From contig OZ210885.1 of assembly GCA_964658305.1 (NCBI GenBank), positions 8,990,001 through 9,054,000 of the forward strand: a stretch of DNA of 64,000 nt. Reading direction: 5' to 3'. Shown here piece by piece: positions 25,755 through 38,245 of the stretch. Both the position numbers and the translations under genes were made by a program. The DNA is from Leptogorgia sarmentosa (taxonomy: Eukaryota). A model generated the notes under the pieces. It was not told the origin of the DNA and searched no databases. It saw only the letters and a list, made by a program, of their open reading frames with translations. Numbering within the stretch: the first letter of the stretch is position 1; every line of letters starts with the position of its first letter.

Positions 25755-28108
25755 CACTGTTATTTTCAAGGTGTTATTTTAACACCAAAAAGAGGGGTTA
25801 CGGCATTTAGTCTAAAATAATCCTTTTTTAGGGGTTACAAATAACTCCAATTAGGGTGTTAAAATTTAACTCCAGTTTTGGAGTTAAAATAACACCGATT
25901 TAGGTGTTAAAATATAACACCTTTTGAGGAGTTAAATAAATATAACTCCATTTCAGGGGGTTAAAAAATTCATTCGCCGAATTTCAGAAACTAACCTTCC
26001 CAAATGGTCCATTTATATCTTTAAAGCTATGTTATCGTCTTTGAAAAACACATTATTTTCCGTCATCAATAATTAATTTAAAATATCGAAGTGTCAGTTG
26101 CATAGCAACTGCGAAAGAATTACTGTAGCACGCTATCCACGAATTTACAACTTACTACAGAATTAAAGTCAATGAGTCGCATGCATATTGTTTGAGTATG
26201 TGCAGTACCAGCTTTGTTCATAGGCTTAAAAAGTATCACAAGAATGTGCATGGCAAGGACAAGAAGTTTTGGTCAGTTCATTCTAAACCACATGTTGTGT
26301 AATTCAAGAATCACCCATATTAAAATTGTAAAGACATTTGATTACTTTCCATCAACATATTGCTGTACTTCTAACTTTTTAGTGCTAAAAAGTTTACCCC
26401 AGAATGTAAGATATTTAACTGTAAAGAAGTTGCTGAAGGTTTAGAATTTACAAGAACACTCATACATATAATTATATAAATTATATGCAAACTTGTATGT
26501 TTTGTTTACCTTATACATTAAAAAATATACACATAACCATGTTTAAATGTGTAAAAGTATTTTCAAACTAAACTAAATGAGGAGTGTCTAAACTCTAAAA
26601 AACCAAAAGCATTGTTCAAAACAGTACATGTTGATGTTGTTCAAATTTGAATTTCATAGCAGTGAGCTAAAGAAATGCTTTTGTGGACTCTATGATAAAC
26701 ACATATCTGTTACTGCAAGTGGTCAGAAACTCAGAGATAGTTTGTACAAGTTAGATATCTAACATTAAATATAAACTGTCATTAAAATGTAATCCATTCA
26801 TGGCAAGGGAAAACAGTGTTACCAGTATGCTATAGTCTTCTATAACTATAAGTCAGGGTTGGAGTTGTTTCTTTATGTCTTCATCAAGAGTTCAGCAACA
26901 TTCTAAGATGAAAGGAAATTCAAGTATTTAAAAAAATAGGCATTTTCCATATTGAGCTGGAGTTCACCCATGGATGATGTCCTACATTGGCACATATTTA
27001 AATATGCGGTCATATATCATAAGTATGTAGCTGGCATCGATTTTAATGTATGTCAGCACAAATGTGTTTATTACATTGCTAAAAGGAATAGAAGTGTTTT
27101 TGAACAAAATGATAATTTAATATCAAACTTAGACACAGCTGTTTTTGAAATTCTTCCATGTCATGTACCATACCGGTATTAATAAATGCAAAGTGAGATG
27201 TTGAATATGATTTTGAAATTTCTGGTAGCAGTTGCAGGTCTTTGCCTGAACACCTTAGGCCAAAATATAGAGCCATGTAGGCTATATAAATATGTTGAAG
27301 CATGAAATAGTCACAGTTCAAATTTGGCCTGTCAGTGTCTTGTGTTAGAAGGCATTGGTTGTCATTATTTTACAAACTCTCCACAAATACATGGCAAACT
27401 AATGAACTATAAACAAATTATTGATTTACCTGTGACTCATTCAACCAGAAGTCAACTATGCATGTCCTTTATAGTTTATACTGGCACTGTATACTGCATA
27501 ATACATTGCGTCATTGCCATACTATTATCACATGGAAAAACCAGTTTCTTTGGGAAACCCTGGGCAGAAATAGTGTGTAAATACAAAAGAATACATAGCA
27601 GTATAAATATGGCTAAATCATAAACACAGTCTGCTAAAATTCACCTGAATTTTGCGTCTCATATTTGTCGTTGAATGTTCACATATAATGCTATAATTTT
27701 GGATGTAAATAAACGCTTTATTACTGCATAAATTCGTATAAAATTTGAGCATTGAGAATGGATAACACTTACCCAACAAAAGATCGTGTAGATACGACAC
27801 AATTGGCACAATTTCTCCATTTTTCCGTCGAAATTTCATCAAAAATCGCATCCAAAATAGCGTTAATTTAAAAAATTTAAAAATGCCGCTCCTTAAAAAT
27901 AATCCCTTAAATGGAGTTAGATTCACTAATCCCCCTTACGTGGTGTTATTTTTGAATACTGATTAGCCGGCGAATGCCTGTAACCCCTCAAAAGGTATTA
28001 TTTTAACTCCAGTTATGGAGTTAAAAGAGCTGAAATTTGTAACCCCTCTATTACTCCTCTAGAATCCCTTCAAAGTGGTGTTAAAATAACACCTTGAAAA
28101 TAACAGTG
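25755..28108. mobile_element. Non-autonomous CACTA/EnSpm-like element (CACTGT...ACAGTG)
   Basis: Perfect ~31-bp TIR cactgttattttcaaggtgttattttaacacc plus many subterminal ggagttaaaa/aacacc repeats at both ends. Confidence 0.8.
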
Positions 28109-28820
28109 TGAAGATGACTTCTTCATCAGGATCCTGATTGAGGCGTGTCTGTGCAAGAAAATCAGCAAAGCGTTCACGATTCATTCCTCCTAGAAAGGCC
28201 GTGTGGAACACTAAGCCAGCATTAGCGGATACTGCTAAGCAAACGGTCATGTTTCGTCCGCGCTGTCCGCAAACCTGCCGATACGCTCTTTCACCTAATC
28301 GTGCTCTCCCATGACTACGGGCGGTCCAGACGTTGTATCCACATTCATCGATAAACACACAGTTTCGCAGGATGGCATGGTTCATGAACCAGTCTGCATA
28401 TTCTCTACGTTTTACAATTACATCGGGTCTATTTCTTTCGTTTGGAACGGGTCGCACCAGTTTAACTGTGAACAACATCCCATTCAATGTTCGTGCAACT
28501 GTGCTTTCATGGATTTCTGGTTTGTGTGGGAGACGCCTTCGTAATTCTCTATTTATTTGTACAAGCGTTAGGACACAGTTTTCGTTGATAATCTGTTCAA
28601 GACAGTCTCGCATTTCTTCGTCTACACGGATGTTGTTTCTGCCGCCCCGAGGCAACTCATGGATTCGCCCTTCCCTGATAAAGCGAGCCACAATACCTCG
28701 TGCTGTTGACCTGTTAACTCCCAATGTATCTGCAACGAGTAAATAGTCTTCGTCTTCGTTCTCAAAGGCTTGTACAATTCGCTGTCTGTTTTCCTGTGTG
28801 ATTCTATTACGCCTGAACAT
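28109..28820 (-). pseudogene. IS630/Tc1-mariner family DDE transposase, truncated at the 3' end
   Basis: N-terminal HTH (ADTLGVNRSTARGIV...PRGG), VFIDECG first catalytic Asp, RGRNMTVCLAVS; cut by the CACTG element just before the second Asp. Confidence 0.85.
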
Positions 28821-30454
28821 GTCGCACCTACACCTTGTACCAACTGTGCAGTCTACAGCCACACACAAACCACGCTTGTATTTATATATTTGTCTGGGAC
28901 TGAATAATTTTTAATCAAAGTGCGGAGTCCTTTACGGAGTCCCTTTAGGTTTCTACACTGTGTGTCAAGAATATTACACCACATTTATGCCATATTATGT
29001 ATTGTTTTCTTGAAAAGATATTTGTGTTAAATGAACTTGATATGTGTTCTATTGTTATCACAAACACACAGTTGGCAATTAAGACCATTGTAATAATTAA
29101 ACATTCCTTTTATTGTTCGCTTGTTGGCGTTTAACAATGTTAATAAACAACGTTTTATTATAATGACTTCATTCTTGATTCTGATGTCTATTCTCTAGAC
29201 TTGTATGGGTCCCATATGCATGCTATTGTAAGCTTATTTTTTGATATTGAACATATTTGCAAGATAATGAATGATTATATATGCATATTCAAATTTTTGT
29301 ATTGAATACTCGTTGCATGCAATTTGATGTTCAATCCGTGCACATGCATATCCCTACGTTTTGTTCGTTGCTGGTTCATACAAACGGTAGCTCGTTTTAT
29401 CTTTATGAGTAACAAACGGTGTATATACTGTAGTAACTTCCCTTTACAATAGTTTGGTTTTTGGGTAGTAAAAATATTTTGCCATTTACATTTTGTCGTT
29501 AAGAGAAAAACCTGAACCAGTCTTCATCAACATAGCTGCAATTCGACAGATCCTATTACCCAAATATTATTTACTCATTTTGGTAAATAACATTTGAGAT
29601 GAATTGTCCCTCATTAGGCATTTAAGTTTGATGTTTGCGGCACATGGCTAACCGCAAGCGGCAAATCGTATATTGAGTTCTGCTGTTCGTTGTCCTGCTG
29701 TTTCGTTGTCCGAAGTTGGGGTGATTCAGAAAACTGAAGCGTGAATCATTTTTTACTGCCGAAAACTTGTAGAAATTATTTTAAAATACGATTTGAAGTT
29801 TGCCGCTCGTGGTTAGCAGGGGCGTAGGGAAGGGTGTATATTCAGTGTGGAGGTGCAATATAACGCCGACAAGGCAGCAACTCATTATTATTCAGTTCAA
29901 TCTCGTACATATTCAGAGCGCGGTTGCATCAAAGGCGTTTAGCCTAGGGATATGATTTTCCACGGGCGGACCCTAACCTCTCTAGACAGGTCGAGGCAAC
30001 AATGTATTAGCCTGTCAGCGGTTCCACAAAACAATCAACATCATTCAATCGAATGAATTGTTATATATTACTTTCTTGAAGAGTACAAAAAGTCTATCTG
30101 TCTATCTAAACAATATAAAAGTATAAAATATTTCTTGAAATGTATAAATTGGGTATAAAAAGAACGTACTATTTCACCGCCAGCCTGTCAGGTTTCAAAA
30201 TGTAATAAGTGACCAGCAGTCACAAACTGTCGCAGTCTAATATAAAATTGTTTGCTTACGGCGACCTTTGTGAGCTGGCTGCCAACGCGTTTGTTAATTA
30301 AGGGTCACAGCACACAACAGACCGAAGCGTGGTGGGGCTAGAATTTCTTTTCGCCGGAAGACTTGTTTATTTTTTTCCAAAAGTTTTGAAGACATTTTTC
30401 CTCGCTTCATAGTGTTTAGGGTTAGATTGTCATAAGGTTACATAGGGTCAGGAA

Positions 30455-30763
30455 ATGAAGACGAATTTGATACATAGTGGCTTGGATGAGCAATCCGCTG
30501 GACAAAAAGCTTACTTTGAAATCCTGCCTAGGCTCCAAAATGAGCTGGGAAGTATCTATATGAATCGTCTTTCGTGGATGAAACAACTAAAGAATGATCC
30601 AGTGCATAAGAAAATAATGCAAACAAAAGATGCCTTTGTGAACGACGATAATTTTCATCCCGAAGAAGCTATTCAAGCAGCTTTTCATAACAGAAAATTT
30701 CTCCTCAAAAAGCTGTTAAATGATTACACCTTTACAGGGGACAGCGAGGATGAAGACCATTAA
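30455..30763 (+). CDS. 102-aa ORF, possible fragment of a Polinton/Maverick-associated uncharacterised protein
   Basis: Natural-looking helical sequence LKNDPVHKKIMQTK...PEEAIQAAFHNRKFLL; family resemblance is from memory only. Confidence 0.35.
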   Translation: MKTNLIHSGLDEQSAGQKAYFEILPRLQNELGSIYMNRLSWMKQLKNDPVHKKIMQTKDAFVNDDNFHPEEAIQAAFHNRKFLLKKLLNDYTFTGDSEDEDH

Positions 30764-31720
30764 ATATTAGATATTGATTTCCTAGAATGTATCTGTAAAC
30801 TAAATTCTCTATATGACTTGTAAAAGTACATGAACAATGTTTTTATGATTGACCTTAACTTTTTGGTCGATTTTGGCTACTTTTTCAACAATTGAAAAAC
30901 ACCTCAAATAATTAATGCAAACCACTTCAAAGTGTTTTTAAAGGCATTTGGAGTGTTTTTAAATGACTAAGTGATTAAGTGACTTTAAAAAAGTTGAAAA
31001 GTGCCCAAACTCGACCAAAACGTAAAGGGGTTAATAAACTTCTTGCTAGAACATTAAGTCCCATTCGTTATTTCCCGGGTTATTGCCGCCATAACATACT
31101 ATCACAACTAGTAAATTCATTAAACCCCTTGCATACTAATTACTTCCAGTGGTAAAGTTTTGCATACTAATTACTTACCTCGCCGGATGTATCCTGTAAC
31201 CTACTCACAAAAGCGGTTAAAATGAGGTCACACACTTTATGCAGTAACACAGACAACTCGTTAAAACAAGAAAACCATAATTTTAAACCGTATTTAGTTC
31301 ATTCGATTGATACATAATATCAAATATATTTACTTTACGCATTTATTTGAACATGTTTGTTCCATTTGTTCCCATCGCGCGTCCATAATATGGTAATATT
31401 GCCATTCCCAATGTAAAACAGGTATTCCCTTCAATCAAATCCGAACAGTAGATCGATGTTGCCGTTCAAATCTATTTTAATCGACTCAAGGGACGATATC
31501 ATTCAATTCATTCAATACTTTTATATATAAGGCAGTCGACAGCTTGAAGCTTCAGTAGGCTTGGGTTGCTTGTCAAGATTGTTTACATGCATGATGGGTG
31601 AATGGCGACTCATAGATTCTCTCTTGGATTATAATTATACTAAAGCAAATGCATCCTGTATCTCTTGCAGTTGCAGTTTCATGAATTTTCACCATTGGGA
31701 AAATTGACTCGTGCAACGTT

Positions 31721-32874
31721 ATGGCCATCTCAAAACCCACGAGAAATTTCATTTTTTTCTACATTTTCCTGATACTTGTGGTTGTCAGCGGAACATTAGT
31801 GGTGTATATCAAAGGAGGCAATTTCTTCATTAAAAGCAGTGTTCTGAAAATATTTCCACCTGCATTGCCACACGCAGCTGTTGCCAATGATTCACATAAA
31901 CAAGACGAGAAAATCGTTTTGTTGTTTTGGTCCAAATTGTGGAAGAAACCAGCATCAATCGCCGAGGGAGTTTGGGGAAAAGGTAACGAGCGCGGTCAAT
32001 GTCCAGTGGCGTGTGAAGTGACAGCAAATCGTTCCCGTATCAAAGAAGCTAAAGCTTTTATTGTTCATGCAAGAGATCCAAAACCATTACCCCCGTCTAA
32101 GCATATTCCTTGGGTTCTTACTACTCTTGAAAATCCTGTTTACACCGGGGTATTAAAGGATCCAAAATACATGTCACAGTTTCATTTACTAAGAAGTTAT
32201 CGACTGGATTCCGATTTTCCAACACCTTTATTCAAAAAACCAAATATAGAACCCCCAATTGCTTTTGAAAACAAAACTGGAGGTATTATGGCTGCATTTA
32301 GTAACTGCGAACGAGTGAGAACGGCCTACTTGAGAGAATTGATGAAATATATTAAAGTCGACTCCTATGGTAGCTGTTTACACAACAAAAATGGTTTAGC
32401 AAAGCGCTACAGTAGTAATTTTAAAGAAGTTAAAAACTTGAACGGTCCTATAAATTTATTATCGTATTCTTTCACCAAGATTGTGATTATTTCGTTGACG
32501 ATCAAATTCTTCATGCATTGAATGCTGGTGCAGTACCGGTAGTCATGAGTACAGATAAGATTTACGAATTCTTGCCAGGAAACCTAAAGAATGGTATTGT
32601 GAATGTTAGAAATTTCAAATCCCCCAATGATTTAACTGATCGCCTGAGGTTCCTGATGAACAATAAGACAGAGTACAATAAATTTTTGGAATGGAAAACG
32701 AAAGGTCTGGGTGATATAAGTGACACAATTATAGGACAATATTGGGACAGAAAATTTGGTCACTGGTGTCAAATTTGTGAGGCAATAGCTGAAGGAAAAT
32801 GGCATAAGGGGGGTCTTAAAGCGGATTATTGCAAAACAAGAGATTACAAAGACTGGGGGGTTAGAGCGGGGTAA
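31721..32874 (+). pseudogene. Alpha-1,3-fucosyltransferase-like (GT10) gene with a single coding exon and one frameshift at ~32432-32436
   Basis: Type II TM anchor, LLFW, CEVT, TLENP, SYRLDSD, FSNCE, YIKVDSYGSC; shifted frame gives YKFIIVFFHQDCDYFVDDQILHALNAGAVPVV and YNKFLEWK...CQIC; the frameshift may be a homopolymer error. Confidence 0.85.
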
Positions 32875-33809
32875 AAAACAGTTAGGGGTATAGTGATGAG
32901 GGATAGCATTCGTGGGACCAAAACACTAATCTGTAAATTACTATAGCACTGACAGATTAGATTTGAAAAATTTCAAAGTCACATTTTTTTTCACATTTCG
33001 AATCGAACATTCTCAAATTTGTCGAAACTAAACATCTGAAAGTGACTGAGAAGTTATATATAGATTGGCAATTCTACGTCCTAAATGAACACTGCACACT
33101 GAAATTAACTACATCACTCACCCTTGCACCATGAAAACTAGAAAATCTACGAGTTCCTAAATGTTTCATACTATGTCAACCTTACTTAGCCAAATTTCAA
33201 TAGAGATGTGTCAATGTTTGAAATGTTCAATTTCTTTTTTTATTTCTTACAATGAAATGCATGATGTATTATGATAACCGATTTTGAAACATTGATATAT
33301 TTTCTTGTTAATTGATACCATATTTTTAGCCGGTACGAACCTTAGAGATAAAAAAAAACTACCAAAAGTTGAGTTTTACAGGAACTATATTTACAGTAAA
33401 AAATAAACAACTCCAGCAATAACATCAAACTAAGCTAAGCTATGAAGATTAACAACTTTATGTAGAAAACGAGCATGGGATTTTTTGTTCGATGTCAAAA
33501 ATTTGAAAAACCGGTAACTCTATTAACAAACGCGATTACTTCTAGGCCTTAAGGCCAGATTCCACGACGGCGAAATATTACGCGAGAAATTGTGTCTGCG
33601 AAATGCGGATGGTTGCACATGAACGATTCTATTGAATTCTACCACATTTTTCGATTTCGCAGTGAGTACTACTGCTGACGTCTGTTTCACTAAAAAAAAT
33701 TCTTTAGAAAATTGGCGTCTATTCACATTTCATAATATCGCAAGAATTCACTTCGAAATATGTTTTTACTCGATTTACAAAAACTTATTTTACCAACATT
33801 TATCCTCAT

Positions 33810-33892
33810 AGACTCATCAGAGAATTGAACTCTGCACCCCTGGTTTACAAAACCTGTACTCCCTGTACTCTATACCCCTGAGCTAATGAGGC
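33810..33892 (-). pseudogene. trnT: tRNA-Thr(TGT)-like pseudogene
   Basis: Thr body with a small duplication and stem mismatches. Confidence 0.7.
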
Positions 33893-34056
33893 GACCAGCA
33901 GGTGAAACCTTCTAAGATGCTATATCGTACATAAGGCTCTTTGATTAGGTTATTTATTTATTTTTATTTAATCAGTTTCCACATCTTGGATATACCTCAT
34001 GCAACATATTCGTGGCAATTGTCTCCACCGTGCTTCAAAGAAATCGAGAAAAATTG

Positions 34057-34141
34057 AGCCTCATCAGAGATTTGAACTCTGGACCCCTGGTTTACTAGCT
34101 GTTTTACTAGACAAGTGCTCTAACCCCTGAGCTAATGAGGC
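34057..34141 (-). tRNA. trnT: tRNA-Thr(AGT) with 12-nt intron
   Basis: Cloverleaf with insertion AAACAGCTAGTA after position 37; one anticodon-stem mismatch. Confidence 0.75.
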
Positions 34142-34453
34142 ACGTTGTCAACTCCCTGTTGCTTTCACAAGCTTGCCGTTGAATTTTATTACCTAATTTA
34201 CCTTTGCTATTCTTCACTAATTCATTCATATTGCAAAATGATTAAAATTCAGATTATATGTCCTGGTTTTCTACCTTTGACAAACGATTACTCCCAGATT
34301 CGATAAGTCTGTAAGAAGTTCCTCACTTCCTGTTACAAGTTCCCCGCTTATTGACTTCCTGTGTGAAAGTTGTAACTTAAAACCACGAAATAGCACCACA
34401 AATGTCGAACAATAATTATCTAAACTGAATTATATTATTTTGCGCGTAGGTCA

Positions 34454-34526
34454 GTTTCCGTAGTGTAGTGGTTATCACATGCGCTTAACACGCGCAAGGT
34501 GCTCAGTTCGAACCTGGGCGGAAACA
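34454..34526 (+). tRNA. trnV: tRNA-Val(AAC)
   Basis: GTTTCCGTAGTGTAGTGG...TT-AAC-AC...GGAAACA. Confidence 0.85.
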
Positions 34527-34657
34527 TACATATGAGGTTTTTTAACTGCAGATATTTTTTTCTTTGGAATTTTTCGGGAAAATATTCTTGGTGATATCGA
34601 ATTTGTGTAAATAGATCAGCTCTGAAAAGAAATGTTCTCAATTTTTTGTAAATTTGT

Positions 34658-34781
34658 TGTCAGGAGTGGGATTCGAACCCACGAACGCATGTGTGGACCA
34701 GAACGCCCTATTATGTCAAGGTTGATCGTGACAAGTTTTTGCACTTGAGTCTGGCGCCTTAGACCGCTCGGCCATCCTGAC
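34658..34781 (-). tRNA. trnL: tRNA-Leu(CAA) with ~40-nt intron
   Basis: GTCAGGATGGCCGAGCGG...CT-CAA-G[intron]TTCTGG...CCTGACA. Confidence 0.85.
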
Positions 34782-36908
34782 ACGCATGAAAACATGGAAT
34801 TTCCTACCACATTTTTTCTTTGATACCTTCAACATTCCACATCCCGTTCTGATTTTCTCTTGACAACTGACGTGAGCCGAATACGTGACGGAGGCACACA
34901 TTATTTTATTGGAATTTTTCAATCAATCGCAGTTAAAGACGATTTTAAAACCATTGCGAAATTTCAATGGTCATCGGAAATACTGTGTTTATGTTGTTTT
35001 TGTATTGTCTTGTTAGTGTTTGGGAGGGTGAAATTGAGGAATTGCTATACTTCTCGTGTAGTGCACCAAGATGCAGGAGTGGGATTCAGATGCTTTTCCA
35101 ATTTAGATAAAAAAACATGTTGATAAAAAAACATACATGCACTGGTAAAAGTAACTGCAAGTCGTGCATCTTTGCAAAATAATCGTTCGCACGTCCCAGC
35201 AAATTTGTATAGGAAATTACGCGGTTCGAGAAGTATTAATGAAAAATTGCACGCTTGTTTGGCGAAATATTTGGCGGTATTTCGCCAAACATAAGTACAA
35301 TTTTTCCTTAATACTTCGAGAACACGTGTAATTTCTTTTAAAGAGAGGTTACAGTCCCTTTTGCGCATGTGCAAGCTTTGTTTACGTCTGGAGACTCCAC
35401 CGGATGTGTCAGTATTATTCTCGGTCTAGTTTCACTTCCGGCAATAATAAAGGCGCGTTTGTTTTAATTGAGGAGTGAGCATATTATTTAAATCGGTGTA
35501 ATCAGTGTCATATGTCAGTGAGGAAATTTACATCTTTCAGGCACAGGCCAGTGAAATTGTTTGGGAGAAATTGTTTTGAGTAAAACATGGCCAGTCTGAA
35601 GTTTATTTGTTTGATTGTTTTGTTTGATGGAGATCGTTGAAGGAAGAACGCAATTTGAAGACGGACAACGAAAATTTTCCTGTAGTTTAGTTGTTTTTAA
35701 ATTTACCGCTCGCATAACGCGGGCTCGAAACCGCGTTATGCCGCCTAACCTTTACCCAAATTTGAAAAATTAATTACACACCTGTAACGTACGTAAATGT
35801 CTAAATCTCTCTATATTCCATTTCATTAATAAAATACCTTTAGAAACACATACTACATCATTCAAAGTATGAGATGCTTTATATGTATTCATGTGTAGCA
35901 CAGAAGCTAACGTTGAAATCAATTTCACTAATTATTACACGTACGTATACGAAAAACGCGTAACTGGAAAACAGCCGTAAGATTTACTCTGAAAATTTCA
36001 TGTATGAACGACCCACACTTGAGATAAATATAGCCATTGATCGCTGATAACTTGGAATATGGTGAAAAATCAAGTACTTACTGACTAAGCATGAGGTGTG
36101 CACGGTAAATATCAAACCGAGGCCAATGTCAAGACATGAAGACCGAGGTTTGAAAGTTAACCATACAGACGAAACAGTCGAAGTCAACGAAAAGACGAAG
36201 TCTGCCTATTTTCGTACAGAACTGATACTCAATTTTTGGTACTATCTTTATTGTCACGTACAGATTCTGAATTACGAAAATTTAAAAAAATGCGAGGTGT
36301 TGGAACATGATATTTTGCCAAAGGCACGTGACGACAAATGAGCTAATCACATGTGCCAAATACTCTATAAAGGGTGTCAATCTTGTGGGGTCCCCGAATT
36401 ATTGGCTTGGGGGACGACTATATAACTGTCCCCAACTGTTTACCATTTCTCGTTTTCTTTTACTTGTGAATGAATGACCTTACCAAAGAGGTAGAATTAG
36501 GGTTCGGAAATGGGCGTTTCCGGCAACGTTTCAGAAACGTTTTCCACCCTAAGAAAATCAGAAACCCCCAAGTTTGGGAATGTATAGTCTTGGGAATGTA
36601 TAGTCTTCCTTGTATTCTACCCATTGTGCCTATTACGTAATAATTTCAGTGGAACATTCAAATATTTTTCAATATCCCGAAGTTCCCGAAATACTTGCAA
36701 TGCTGGTTGTTTTGGTAAAAAATGGACATAATCGATTATTGGTATACAGGGTGTGCCAAAAAGCCCCAAACCATTGAAATTAACGCATTGTTTGAATTTG
36801 AATGCCCTAAGAATAAGCTAATCCCACGAGTACATGAATGATTATGCAAGCCATTATTTTACTCTATTCAAATTTTGGTTCTAATCAATCTGGACTGGAA
36901 TTAAGTCT

Positions 36909-37234
36909 TCAACCTTTTGGTTGCAGTTGTTTTGAATTCGAGGATAACTTATTAAGACGAAGGAAGCAGACCCGACCTCCTGCCAGGCCAACACAAACCA
37001 TTCCATGTGAGCCACACGCGATGGCTAAAACACGGCAGTCGAAATGAAACTCTTCAACACGCTCTCCATTTGGTAGGTTCCACAGTTTCAGCGTCTTGTC
37101 TTCATCCGAGCACGACAAAAGTGATTCACCTCCAGGCGCTAATGCCAACGCTCTGATCCATTCAGCATCTTCAATTGGAAATCTATAGAGAACCTTTCCA
37201 GTAATGAAGTTCTCAATCACCAAAGAACCATAAT
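36909..37234 (-). CDS. Orphan terminal exon encoding C-terminal WD40 repeats (NACHT-WD/TEP1-like ending)
   Basis: IRALALAPGGESLLSCSDEDKTLKLWNL, then VCVGLAGGRVCFLRL; acceptor ttttag; upstream exons not found. Confidence 0.6.
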
Positions 37235-37289
37235 CTAAAATTGGCAGCACCACGCCGAAATACGATGGGAATTCGCAGTCACAAAACTA

Positions 37290-37518
37290 CTTCCATTCTT
37301 CAAGTCTTCCATTCTTCAAATCTTCCATTCTCCAAGTCTTCGATTTTCCAAGTCTTCGATTCTCCAAGTCTTCGATTTTCCAAGTCTTCGATTCTCCAAG
37401 TCTTCGACTCTTCAAGTCTTCGATTCTTCAAGTCTTCGATTCTTCAAGTCTTCGATTCTCCAAGTCTTCGATTCTCCAAGTCTTCGATTCTCCAAGTCTT
37501 CGATTCTTCAAGTCTTCG
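37290..37518. repeat. 16-bp tandem repeat (TTCTCCAAGTCTTCGA), ~14 copies
   Basis: Direct inspection. Confidence 0.95.
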
Positions 37519-38245
37519 CCCGAAGGCTACTTACTTGTTATTCTGAGCCATATTTTAACAGAGAAAAGCGAGCTTAAGATTACGGGACGCAGCCACCCGG
37601 AAGGTAATAATCAATTTTCAGTTTATAGCGCATGCGTGATTTCACGTCGTCAAAGTTTTTATCACTAGCTTTGTTCTTTGATGGAATGGCTCAATCAACT
37701 AAAACTATACATCGCTTCACAGATGATACAACAAAAGAGTAGTTTTATAACAATCTTATTGTCTTTACTTTTTAAAACGTTTTTTAGTGATAATCTTAAT
37801 GCGAAGAATTTAGCGCTCGGGATTTGAACAAACATCACTGGTTGAAACCAACGTGGTTGTTTTATCTCCAGGGAGACGACGTTGCCGGCGAACTTTCTCT
37901 TCACTGCTTTTTTCATGCGCTCGATCACCTAGTTGCCTGGTAGCACTCTTTCACGACCGGTGCGTGAGTGTGGAAATGGTAGACAGCAGACATACATAGA
38001 GATCAGAAGGAGACTCGGACTGCGCTTCGGTTGGTTGTGTCAAAGGGAGACGCCAATGTGGCATGTTCGTTTCAGAAATATCTGGCATGTTCATTCAGAC
38101 AATGTGTATTTACTAGCAGTTTGTATGTATGTATGCAGTTGTCAGTCCATACAGTGTCCCGAAACCTCAGATCCAACTTTATTTCATTTTACATCTCGTG
38201 TTTATAATCCCCGTCGCTATGCATTATCTTTGGCTTAGTTAGATA

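Larger units (their letters stand above)
29418..35340 (+). repeat. Segmental duplication, copy 1 (paralog at ~55630-59660)
   Basis: 29418-30378 matches 55630-56587; 32975-35340 matches 56587-58836 plus 59593-59660. Confidence 0.9.

Noticed and set aside
37241..37546. 101-aa Ser/Phe-rich ORF
   Set aside because: Translation of the 16-bp tandem repeat.
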